DNA of 64,000 nt, from the NCBI RefSeq assembly GCF_964204865.1, contig NC_135255.1, positions 12,586,001 through 12,650,000 of the forward strand. Direction: 5' to 3'. How positions within the stretch are numbered: the first letter of the stretch is position 1; every line of letters starts with the position of its first letter. Below the pieces are notes generated by a model, which searched no databases, was not told where the DNA came from, and worked only from the letters and a program-made list of their open reading frames with translations. Of the stretch, positions 1 to 11,442 are shown one piece after another. The stretch is from Styela clava (lineage: Eukaryota). A program made the position numbers and the translations under genes.

Positions 1-1117
1 CTTCCTATCTTTTATTTAATATTGAATCTGCGATAATCTGATAGCCTCATTATTTTCTCTGTGTATTTGAGCCCGGCAGGATCCAATGAATATTTAATTA
101 CAAAAACTATCATAATATATGACTAATTGTAAAATATCATTTAAGATCTTGATAAATGTTCTGTCCGGGCACAAAACTCCACTTGATTACCTCCATTACT
201 TGCATTATTAACTTCAAAATATCAAAATGCTGACTCACACAGACATTTTATTTCTATTTTCTTCGATGATGCTATATCTCAGTGGTGGGCATTCGACGCG
301 ATCGACTAAAATCTTCAAAATAGTCCGCGATCGACTGATCAGTAATAAGGTTAAACACAAAAACGAATGAGTACTGAATAAGCAGATAACTGCACACACG
401 CGTAGAAAAATGCACGCATTATTACTGAAATCGACACGAAAAATTTTCGTTTTCCATTTAATTTGATTATGTAATTGTACCCGGAGTGAATGTTTCTTCA
501 TTTATAAGATTTATCTGAATCATACGATTCAGATCTAAGACCAGCCTAATTTTTAGTCGTAAGTGTCAAAAATTACACAAAATAAATCCATCCTGCCTGC
601 TCGTTTCACTGATGTAATGCATTGAGTAACATTCTTCTTTTCTCTCGTTCCGCCGATTCGGCAAAACTTCAGGGTCATAAATCACTAGTTGGTGAACGGC
701 GGTTTCTGGGTCCGAAAACACGCTTCGGCGTCGACCTTATTAGCATTTAAAAAAGATCTGAGACAAATAACAGCATGATTGGCAGACCGTAAGGCGGCAA
801 ATAATTAGATAATTCAGAGATATAGTTAATAAAAATCAGACAGTAAATAAAAAACGTCATCACTGAATTACTCGGGAAAAAGTAATCCGATTCACCGAAG
901 AAAGAAGGAAAATATTTTTTACCGTGGTATTCGAGAGTTTTTATGAAAAAACGGCGATTGAAAAACGGCACGTGATGACCACGATATATTTAGATTATTA
1001 TTGAGACAAGCATGGCGCGATATAACTCATCTGCCGTCGTGCCAGACGCTCCGGTTTGAGTGTTTGTTTTATTGAACCAAATGGAGGAAAGAGAGGTTGG
1101 TAGCATAGAAGTCATAT

Positions 1118-1705
1118 TGGGGGTGTCAAAATAAGGCTGACGAAATGCGGTCGTTGCGTGTCAACTTGGGGGTGACGAAATAGGGTCGTCGAGTCAAGTT
1201 AGGGGTGACGAAATACGGTCGGTGCGTGTCAGATTAAGGGTGGCGAAATACGGTCGGTGCGTGTCAGATTAAGGGTGACGAAATACGGTCGTTGCGTGGT
1301 GTCAGGTTAGCGGTGACGAAATACGATCGCTGCGAAGAAACCTTAATGATTTGATTTCCGCATGTCAGAATAAAAGTATCACGTTTTGAACTGGACCTAT
1401 ATAATACCAAACATAGCGTATATTCCGGTAATTTTATGAAAAATATATATGTATCATAGTTAAAAGTGGTTTTGTATTTGAACCTAATTTACCACAATTA
1501 TCTTTTTACTTTTTAGATAGATAATACAGCGATATTGGACGTATAATACATTTAAAGCAAGTTAGGGGTGGCGAAATACGGTCGGTGCGTGTCAGATTGG
1601 GGGTGACGGAATACGGTCGTTGCGTGTCAGATTGGGGGTGACGAAATACGGTCGTTGCGTGGTGTCAGGTTAGGGGTGACGCAATACAGTCGAGGCGTGT
1701 CAGAA
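1118..1705. repeat. 35-bp GC-rich tandem repeat in two blocks (~1118-1335, ~6 units; ~1561-1705, ~4 units)
   Basis: Unit RGGGTGACGAAATACGGTCG(G/T)TGCGTGTCAGATT repeats head-to-tail with no unique spacers; the blocks are separated by ~225 bp of AT-rich DNA. Confidence 0.9.
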
Positions 1706-1894
1706 TGTAGATAGCAAAATATGACTGAGCGTTTCACTGTCAAATTACCGTAAATCTCGCAGTAGGGTGCCGGTACGCAATCAGTGACAGCGAGCTGGAA
1801 GAAATCAAGGATCACTAAAATTTGAAAATGAAATTTGCCGAGTATTTATATGTTTATTGTAGCAATTGAGCCTCTGTTAACTACTATCAACCAA

Positions 1895-2258
1895 GATACA
1901 GATGTGAGGGTATACCGGCATTGGCGCCAGGAAATATAGAATTAAATAGAAATTATTTATGGAATCGGCGATGACAAACCTTGAAAAGGTATTGGAAGTT
2001 ATGATTCATGAAATGGTGCATGCATCCGGTGTTTTATTGCATAATGAGGAACCGATCACGGACCAAAATTTCGGAAAAGAGCACGCCGTATTGTAAAAAC
2101 AGTCAACGCTCAAAGGAACAATCTTCGCTAGGAACTTCGCGCCCTAGATGTAACATTCAATGAAATTCAAAAAGTCAGAAAAAGGGAGGCACAGTTCGGA
2201 GGCCACCGTTATGAAATACATCTGCATATTTATCATCTTGTTGTACAATGTTGCCTGA
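1895..2258 (+). pseudogene. Frameshifted SprT-like (SPRTN/GCNA family) zinc metalloprotease remnant
   Basis: Manual translation across two frameshifts: PGNIELNRNYLW (~1930), LEKVLEVMIHEMVHA (HExxH at 2007-2021), GTDHGPKFRKRARRI (HGxxF at 2057-2071); in-frame TAG at 2129-2131. Confidence 0.75.
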
Positions 2259-2498
2259 AATACGTTTGTGTTCTTCGGGAGCTTTAAAACAAGATATGAA
2301 AAACGAATAACAGAATATTTTACAGTTAGTTGAATTTGTTTTAAGAAACTTTCCATGTCCTCAAATAGTGTCAAACAATTTTTTTCCTATTTCTAATATT
2401 TTATGTTACTTAATTATGCATAGAAATGACATGAAAAACATGTTTTGTGTCAGCATAGAAATTACATGAAAAAACACGTTTTGTGTCATCGTGCAAAG

Positions 2499-2624
2499 TG
2501 ATTGTAATTTAATTTAAATTTGACGTACGACTGGGATCACTCTGCATAGAGAGACTAAAATTAACAAAATCTCTCTATGCAGAGTGATCGAGTCGTATGC
2601 CAAATTTAAATTAAATCAAAATCA
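2499..2624. repeat. Long near-perfect inverted repeat (foldback hairpin)
   Basis: ATTTAATTTAAATTTGACGTACGACTGGGATCACTCTGCATAGAGAGA, 15-nt loop, then TCTCTCTATGCAGAGTGATCGAGTCGTATGCCAAATTTAAATTAAAT. Confidence 0.9.
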
Positions 2625-5600
2625 GCTAATTAAATTTAACTAAACATTGTAAATAATTCTTGAAAATTCTTTCAAATTTTTTCGATTATTATTTGAATAA
2701 AATTTTTGATGTGAAGGTATGTTTGATATATTATGACGTTTTGCTTTTCAAGTCTTGAACATCTCGGAATAGTAACAGATTTCTCATATTTCAAGTAGAG
2801 AGTTCATTTGTTTTGTCGAACAGAAAACAATAACACGACAAAACACAATTGTAAGCAACAAGTTCTCGGTATAGACTCTATAACAATTACCAGTATCACT
2901 CAATATTTACAACGTGAATAACAAGGGCATTAGATGTGATATCGTAGGTTTGTCCGAAACCATCAATAACTTTCAATGGAAGAATAATTTAGTTGGCAAG
3001 CGTTTGGGAGGATATAAGCATTATTTAAATATACCTAGATATAAATTCAGACAAATTACTTGCTTGATCAATTATGATATTAAAGAATTTGACATTTTTG
3101 ATTGATGACTAAAATAATAAGAGAAGGTTTTCATGTGAGTGTATGGCATTGGTTACTTAAAATATGTAAATGGTGAATGACTCAAAGTAACGTCTACATT
3201 AAAACGTCACTGCAATAGTCAAGTTGTTCGAGTGTTTTAAGGTTCGAAGCAACAAAGTAGGTATAAAAAAAGAAATCATATCAAAATTGAGCCATAATGT
3301 TTTCGTATGAATAAGGCTCTCATTCTTCAAGTTAGATTTAGAACATTTGAAATCTTCCATTTATATTCCTTATATGGGCATCAAATATGAAGCTTGCTTG
3401 GTTTCTAGTTCTCAACCTTGTTGAGGTTCTCAAACTTGTTAGGAACCGAATTCTATGAAAATGTCTTCAACCATGTGATAACTTCATGTCGGACTCATAC
3501 TCGAATAGAAGCTCGGATGATCTCGACTTGATTTGTGGTTTGTGATGTTCTTAAAACAATGAGATCATTGATATTCCCACGAAATCAATGCTATTCCAAT
3601 CTATTTTGCTATATATTTACATTTGACCATAATTACTGCGCCGATGCTATAAACCGAAAATAATATTAATATTGCTCAACCAAAATTTATCCTATCAAAA
3701 ACGAAACGAACTAGCTTCTGATTGGTTAAAAATAAACTTTCTTTCCGAAAAAGTAATAAATAAATGTAGAAAATTTATCCACGAAACGGAGAAATTCCAA
3801 AAGCCTTTAAATAACCCAACTCGACCTAAAATAGCACAGACAGAAAAGAGAAAAAAAGGGGTGACGGTAGGAAATATAGGGGGCAACCCGCAAGTAAGCC
3901 CATTCAAGGGTTCCCAATAGAACACGTATACCTTCTGAATAATATATATATATTGCTTTATATCGGAGTCCAGATTCTAGAAGTCTAATATAGAGTCGTA
4001 AGTAGTCGACGGGACTATCGGATAAGTACGCAGATAGAAAACCATTCATAGCAGCAACACAACTTTCTACGTTACAGAATCAACAATTGTAGCTTAAACC
4101 TAGGTGTAACTGCATTAGTATAACTGTGAAGATATGGAAAAAAAGAACGCTACTTGGGCCCACCTAAATTCCTGACATGACAAAAAAGGTTTGGATATAA
4201 ACAACAAAAGAAGTGACCGTTGAAATAATTTAAAAAAAAAGTAAGCAAATAATATCACCTGTACTATATCCGGAACATCCCAACACAACCGCATCTCTGT
4301 TGAATTTTTTTTTCATCAATGATGTAGATCACTTATGAAATGGTCCAAACATCATTGCACAGCAGGCATATCTTCCCAGGGGTCTTTGATTCAACACAAG
4401 TATACTCTCAATTCAATCTAGTGCTATATTATGACCCAACTGTAATCCATAATTTAATAAATATTTATTTAACCGTAGTTTTCGTTCCGCTCAAGCAGTT
4501 TCCGATGTTAACATTCGCAGCTTGTTTACGTTCAGTCAGTTTGTTTACGTTCAGTCAGTTAACTAACAAAAATAATGAAATTATCTCTAATAATCATTGC
4601 CGGTTTAGATTATCTCTCCAATTTCAGATCTTGTAATCTCAATTCCACTTTGTAGACATTTGAATCAAATTGTAGACCAATGCTTAATTTAACTGCTTTG
4701 GTATAGCTATGAAAATGACTGAAGATACAAGCGTTGGATTATTAAAAAATTAGCGACACAAGTATGCACATAAACCATTAAACCTAAAAATTCACAAACA
4801 CGAAATCAGTGCTCACCTGACAGCGTCAACTTTGAAAAGACCGCCTGAGCGCAGATAAATTTTGAGGTGGCAAGAAAAAAGTGTGATTATAATAAAGAAA
4901 CAAAGAGGATGGAGGAAATCGCAAAATGAAGATGCTTTTTCATTCGTTATCAGGAATCACATGTCTAGGTGACGTAAGAAAATAGCGAAACAACAAAAAA
5001 TGATGGAACATGCTGTTTGTCGCATTAACCTTTTACCACTACAGCCATATAATAATCTAGATAAATTTTATTCTAGACAATATTTAATATGCTACATCTA
5101 CATTATTGAGAAAAAATAATTGGCAGAAAGATATTCTACCGACGTTATGGTGTGGACAGCAGAAAAAATCACGCTGGCCAAACATACAGCGATTATAACA
5201 AAATCAGACGATTTTTTGGATATGATGCTTATACAATACTTGTCGCTTTGAACAAGACTCTATGCAAGCATCCACAGATACCCCACGATATGCTATAAGT
5301 TACTTTTAATTAAGTTTAATTTCTTGATCTAATATCGACCCGCCACGTTCTGGTCGATTGTAGATTAGAACTATTTCGTATTCGTTGAAAATATTCGATA
5401 AAAAAAATGCAATTTTTCTTACCCTAGCAAGGGCGAATCTATGGCGCCCATGTCAAAGTTTAAAATGCGCCTCCCTTGATAGTTATTTGACAATTTATAA
5501 TGACTGTTATTCAAATGAGATACAAGTACGTTATTATTTGTGTAGAAATACAATTTTCAGTTATTTCAAATTATTCTATCAAAACATTTTACCATTAAAA

Positions 5601-6272
5601 CTTTCCGCTCTTTTTGCGCTCCTGTCCATGACTATGGCACGAGTCATGCTTGCCACACCCTATATAAGCCACACACTCCTAGTTAGTTGGTTCGTATGTT
5701 AAAATATTATTGAGACGATATGTCGAGTAGCACATTCTATCAATGCCAAATAGAAGGATTTCTCCGAGGAAAATCATTTCTGTCCGCGTTGTAGATTCGA
5801 TTTTTGGTCCACAATTAGCTAAATGTTGCCACCCCCTAATTTTCACAAACTGAAAAGCTCCGAATACGTGCTCCCCAAAAATTGGATGCCCATAAGCTCA
5901 ATTTCCCCTAACATTAAAAATAAAATTCCAAGCGTGAATTTTATCAAATTTAATAGCAGCAATAACATATGAATCCATAAATACCAGAACAACATCTTGA
6001 TTTAATCTCAGTGAGACGGGTGTAACTGTTTCTGCGATATCAAAGACCCCCCCCCCTAAAATTGTCTAAGTATCCTCTTTTCGGTTAACCCCCAGTTTGT
6101 GTGCCTGTGGCCTAGCAAATACCATACGGATTATATGCTAGCAGTACCAGAATATATACGTATTATTCTCAAAAATAACATATGCAAAACTAAATTTGAA
6201 ATAATTGCTGAAAATAAATTTATTTTAAGAATAGATATTGCACGCTATATATTAGAATTTTTGATTTTGACT

Positions 6273-6502
6273 TTATTGAAAGCCTTTTTGTTTGCTGTTC
6301 TTCCCCATACACTGCTTAATTAAGATATCTTTTCCCCTTCTGAGTTTAAAAAATAAAGGCAAAGTCCGGTTGTTTTCCACAGTTGAATCATAAACGGCTG
6401 CTTTTATGGCTCGAAAAACACTAGCATCAGTTTCGCTGAGTTTGAAAGTTTGTTCCAACCATTTTTCTGCTACGTCAAAAGTAGAAAGGTCCTGATCAGT
6501 TT
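6273..6502 (-). pseudogene. Orphan terminal-exon-like ORF resembling the C-terminus of ECHDC1/crotonase-family enzymes
   Basis: Acceptor ctattctag at 6504-6503, then open frame TDQDLSTFDVAEKWLEQTFKLSETDASVFRAIKAAV...KQKGFQ*, reminiscent of the recalled ECHDC1 segment SLEEAQEWLKQF...EVIRALKKSV. No upstream exons found. Confidence 0.35.
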
Positions 6503-6895
6503 CTAGAATAGATAGATGTAAATGGTATTAAATTAAATAATGATAAGTTGTCATAGAGCATATGGCTTGAAATTTTTTCAAAAAGAACAGTGGTTTTCAA
6601 CATGGTTCTGTGACATTTTAGGGGTCCGCCGGTATGGTCCAGGGGTTCCAAAAGCTCACATTCAAATCGTATAGTCTATATTAATATATGTACATTGTTT
6701 GAAAATAATCAACTTTTGCGCTACCACCCCTGTAGGACATGGGGGCATAAACTCGAGATCACTACTTGAAAAATAATTACTGAATTAGGAAGCTTTAAAT
6801 TATTTTTCAACATGATAAGTCATCTCAATACTTTCCTCTCCCACAGAATATTCTTTTATTGCTCCTGGGCCTTACATTTGGGTATATCGTCACGC

Positions 6896-7951
6896 TAATA
6901 ACCGAATTGCGTAAGTCATTTTTAGCAGTTTTAAGAAAAACGTAAAAAACTTCCTAATGATATTGTTATGCCATTGAGAGTCAATAATTTACCATGGTTC
7001 AATTTTTTGATCGTAGCCGGATTTAAGTTAATTTGTATGACGCAGTTATGTGACGTCATATTGGCGCACTGTGACTTACGCAGAAATGTGTCTATGACCT
7101 GGGGACATACGCAATTTTGCAACTTAACTTTGTGCACCAGTCCTGAAAACCAAACAATCCAATAACGAATGTAATTCACAGCATCTACGATGTCGAATCC
7201 CCAAAATAGCTAATTTGTTTCAATTACAATATTTTTTATGTTTAAAAATAAATATTTCATCAATATAACACGCTCGGCACACCCACCGAAATAAGACTAA
7301 GATTAAATATAAAGAATAAAACAGCAATGTGCCCTTCTATAAAAGCCAACCAAGGTGAATTGGACTCAGATAGTGAATATCACAAGTGCACGCCTTCCTA
7401 TACTGTAGTATAAATTACAAATAGAACAAATTTATAAGCGCTAAGTTAGAATCTGAGATGCAAAAACTCGAAAATCCTTCGGCGAGATTATTTTGCCTTT
7501 GTGACGTCACATTAGTCCTTAAAAAACCCAATGATAATTCATTATGACGAAACAATTGCACAAATGTGCATGGGGGCTCCCGAAGTATGCGAACTAAGAT
7601 GGCGGACATCGGAATGTAATATGTGTACTAGGTTAGGGTTAGGTCATAATTTTAGGTATAAATACTACGGGAGGCTCTTGGCTAGTCTTCGAACTGATAA
7701 TAGGACTAAAATAAGGAAAATTGGAAAAAAATTATCGCCTAACCCTAACCCATGATACGTTTCGATGTCCGCCATCTTGGTTCGCATACTTCGGGAGCAC
7801 CTGTGCATGTCATACAAAATCTCCATTTTTATGGGCTTCGGAATTCTTAAAACAAAATCTGAGTTAACAGGCAGGTGCGCAGCATTGCATAAATACCTAT
7901 TTTATAAAAAACTGAAAACCGCCAAAAATTACTTACGCAATTCGGTTATTA
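6896..7951. mobile_element. Non-autonomous TIR DNA element with a nested Merlin-like MITE
   Basis: TIRs TAATAACCGAATTGCGTAAGTCATTTTT (6896) and AAAAATTACTTACGCAATTCGGTTATTA (ending 7951). Confidence 0.75.
7573..7801. mobile_element. Merlin-like MITE, family A copy 1
   Basis: ~40-bp TIRs GGGGCTCCCGAAGTATGCGAACYAAGATGGCGGACATCG; exact 8-bp TSD TGTGCATG (7565-7572 and 7802-7809). GG..CC termini with 8-bp TSD fit the Merlin superfamily. Confidence 0.85.
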
Positions 7952-8541
7952 ATAATAAAACATTAAGGGTAGTATTCCTGCGGAAGTAGCGTTAAAGTGA
8001 CGTCGTAATTTAGCAAAAACACTTAAAAATCGCCATTTTCCAATTTATTCACGGATTCCTTTACAAACAAGTTAATTTACCACTTGGTTGGCGAGAAAAT
8101 GCCTAAATGACATTTGCAGTTTATTCGGTATTCATTTTTTATAAGATTGTGTCGAATTTAATAAATATTCAATATTCAGTTGCTGTATTTGCTGCTTCAA
8201 TGTATCTACAAGGTGTCGCTGACTGGACGACTCGAAGTCTTTCGCGAACTTTCGTCTACTGCAACAAGCCGATATCCGTTTTTGTAATTTGTTATATGCC
8301 TTTTATTTATTCCATATCGTATATTAGTTTTGCATGACGAAAATGAATATCTGAATCTGACAAATGTTGCGCCAATCCGAATTTTGGACGAAACGCTCAT
8401 TACCAGGGTGACAGAATAAACCACGTGAAAAATGACATTGAGATCCAGACATAACGACAACCAAAGAGAGTCTCCTCGATCAGCATCATTGATATATTAT
8501 TATTAGTAATAGAAGAATTGACAACTGCCGTGCTAATAAGT

Positions 8542-8773
8542 AACAAGAGAGCTATGCTCAAATATATGGACACGTAGAGTCACATAATTTTGATGACGTC
8601 ATAGCGAAAAAAAAAGTAATAGCCTTCTGGAGAAAATTTTTATCTTTAACCACTAAAAATTTCAAAGCAATTGGTCCAGTATTCGAAGAGAAGCGACTTT
8701 TTAAAAACGTGTCAAAGAACAAGAACAACAACATAATATTGAAACGATCGTTATGTCCACTACGTGTCCAATA
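8542..8773 (+). mobile_element. Helentron-associated (HINE-like) non-autonomous element
   Basis: Begins AACAAG; subterminal TGGACAC/GTGTCCA inverted pair; (AAC)n-like microsatellite near the 3' end. Family assignment is by resemblance only. Confidence 0.45.
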
Positions 8774-10125
8774 ACCACTGACGACTAATTTTCCCCAGCT
8801 GCAATCGTGTATTGTACACATTTATCACGTTTGTTGCCTTTACCATTATTGTCAAGACGCTAAAAAGTGGGACATTCACGCCTAAAGCGGGACGTATGGT
8901 AAGCCTAATTCAGGTTCATATTAATGGTTAGAGAAGCAACAATTTTTCGTGGCAAACGTTGATGGATGGCGAATGCTAAGTTGGTAAGCACTGCGGTATA
9001 TTGACTGCATAGTCTGGTAGCAAGAAATCATAACAACTGCTATTTGAGGAACAATGATGTTCAACGCCTCACATTTGGGAGAAAAAATTCGCTCTACCCA
9101 GTTTCCAGGGCAACGCTAACGATAATCAAAATCATAAGCATTATAATAATTAAACAGTTAGTGTAATGATGATAAAAGGATGAAAAATTGCTCCAAACTA
9201 AATTACCAATAAACAAATTGATATTGCACACACAAAACTGCGAATAACACTACGAATATTATTTACAATCAGGGAAGCTAGTTTCTACAGTTCTCAGAAT
9301 TGTATTGAATGGTCAAAATTTTTGAATAAATCAAATTAGTCTGGGCCATCCCACAAGCATATATGGGCTGGCAGAAAAGCCAGCAGACCCAAAACACTTC
9401 CACATATTACAGAATGATAGAAACGAAGTCAAATGATATGACTGAAGAATAATATTAGCAACAGTGTCTTATTTCAATTCTCTTTCAAAAAATAACACCA
9501 GGGCTTATTTTGGGGGATGTCTTTTATTTTCATTTATCAAAAACAAAATTACAAAGTGGAGAATTACGAGATTTTCGAATATACAAAATATGAACCATTT
9601 AAGACGTCTAAAAGAGATTCCTCGCTATTGCCTATTTAAAAAAAAAAGTACGCTATTAGGGGCTTGTTTTAAGGGGGGGGGGGGGGGGGGGGGCTTGTAT
9701 TAAAATCATTTTTGAAATTCAGGCTAGGTCTTATTTTCGGGGAAACGCGGTATATCAAAATTTAGTAAATATCTATATTCTTATCAAATTTTGCAATTTG
9801 TGACATTCAATTACAATACATATATAAATTCCATTCAGTTTCATTTGTCAGGTTTCATTATTTGAAACTTTTCAAACAGCAATCAATAATTACTATTTCT
9901 AGACAATGCGGATACCTATCCAATCACATATTTTTCAGGTTTTTATTGGGACATCAATGCAAATCATGAGCAAGCTAGGAACATTGAGCACCAAGCACTA
10001 GTATTGATAGTCTAACAAAAAAGCACTGAAGATATAAAAACAGGTAAATCTATAATTAACAAAACAAACAAATAAGTGATCACGATAGAATTTCAAACAA
10101 TTTCCTAGGGACATGGGCATTTTTA

Positions 10126-10328
10126 GGTACTCCCGTAGTGCGTGTACCAGGTTAGGGTTAGGCCATAATTTTCCTTATTTTAGTTCCATTACGAGTTCGG
10201 GGGCGCTCTGTGTTAGCCAAGTGAATATACCCCCTGCCCATAGGCTTCCGTCCCTTTACACAACTTGATGTAACGTAGGCGAACAAAAATAGTTACCTCC
10301 ATATTGGTACACACACTTCTGCAGCGCC
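10126..10328. mobile_element. Merlin-like MITE, family B copy 1
   Basis: GGTACTCCC...GCAGCGCC termini; TSD CATTTTTA/CGTTTTTA; internal GGTTAGGGTTAGG; reverse-orientation copy at 24961-25170. Confidence 0.75.
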
Positions 10329-10551
10329 CGTTTTTATTGTTATTGCGATTTCTACTTTTAATCACACTTGAGAAGGGTAGAGTACATTTTGTCAGACCCG
10401 TTTAGGTGCTAGGCGATTTGATCCCAGCCTAATTAGGGACGGCAGTTACGCCAGCAAAAGGCAGAGTCAATTTTTCTCATTCCACATTGTTTGTATTTGT
10501 TGTATCATTGTTCAAAATACAATTTTTGACTGAGATAACAGTACATTTCAT

Positions 10552-10788
10552 GGGGCTCCCGAAGTATGCGAACCAAGATGGCGGACATCGGAATGTAATA
10601 TGTGTACTAGGTTAGGGTTAGGCCATAATTTTAGGTATAAATACTACGGGAGGCTCTTGGCTAGTCTTCGAACTGATAATAGGACTAAAATAAGGAAAAT
10701 TGGAAAAAAAATTATCGCCTAACCCCAACCTGTTACCAATGTTACCTTCCGATGTCCGCCATCTTGGTTCGCATACTTCGGGAGCACC
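10552..10788. mobile_element. Merlin-like MITE, family A copy 2
   Basis: Near-identical to 7573-7801; exact 8-bp TSD CATTTCAT (10544-10551 and 10789-10796). Confidence 0.88.
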
Positions 10789-11442
10789 CATTTCATTCTA
10801 TTGCAGGAACCGATATGAATAGCTTCTTAGAAATGTTATGGGTATGAAATCGTATTCAGAAGCAATTTTTTTTTACAAAAACTAAGACAGAACATACTTT
10901 TTCAAACAGGCAAGTACAATTAGAATAATTTGAATACATATACATATATATACTTAAATATTTTTCAACATGGTGGGTTATTATAACTGTATGGCATCAC
11001 AATCAGGATTATAAAATCAAACAACTCTCAACACACATTGGAGGTTTGCATAGGTATAAACGAACTACTGGCATACTTTGAAGCGACTCTTTTTCATTGA
11101 CAAAAATTGAGAAATAATATCAATTCTAAGCAAATTTAACTCGTTGTCATCAGAACGATCAGACCAAATTATGAAGGAATTCTTTTTATTTGGGACGTTA
11201 CATATGATTTAAGCATTATTAAAAATATTTATGACGCAATCAAAAATCTAGTGGGAGATAAATAAAAACTTTGCGGTGTAGGTATGTATGTAAGATATAA
11301 GAATGGCTTGCTTATAATGTTGAGCAAAGTAGTAATAATGAGATATAAATATAATAAATAATAATTTTGCTTTTTAATACATTTGATAACAGGCTTGATA
11401 ATTCCTGTTATATTGTCAACAGTCTAATGCAAAAAGAGTTGG

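Noticed and set aside
860-975. YRGIR-like motif suggesting a D5 primase-helicase tail
   Set aside because: Only a few residues, requires a frameshift, and has no supporting helicase motifs.
1118-1705. CRISPR-like array
   Set aside because: Units are contiguous with no unique spacers, there are no cas genes, and the context is eukaryotic.
3280-4740. Decayed coding-like segments with splice signals on the minus strand
   Set aside because: Multiple stops in all frames tried and no recognisable family.
7630-7750. Interstitial telomere or telomerase RNA template (TTAGGG/CCCTAA)
   Set aside because: Only ~2 repeats, located inside a multi-copy MITE with TSDs.
9161-9229. Box C/D snoRNA candidate (ATGATGA with terminal stem)
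   Set aside because: The D box is TTGA rather than CTGA and no rRNA guide was recognised.
9673-9693. Poly-G tract (also ~25573, ~46868, ~47480) as functional G-quadruplex
   Set aside because: Simple homopolymers within or near MITE debris; no further support.
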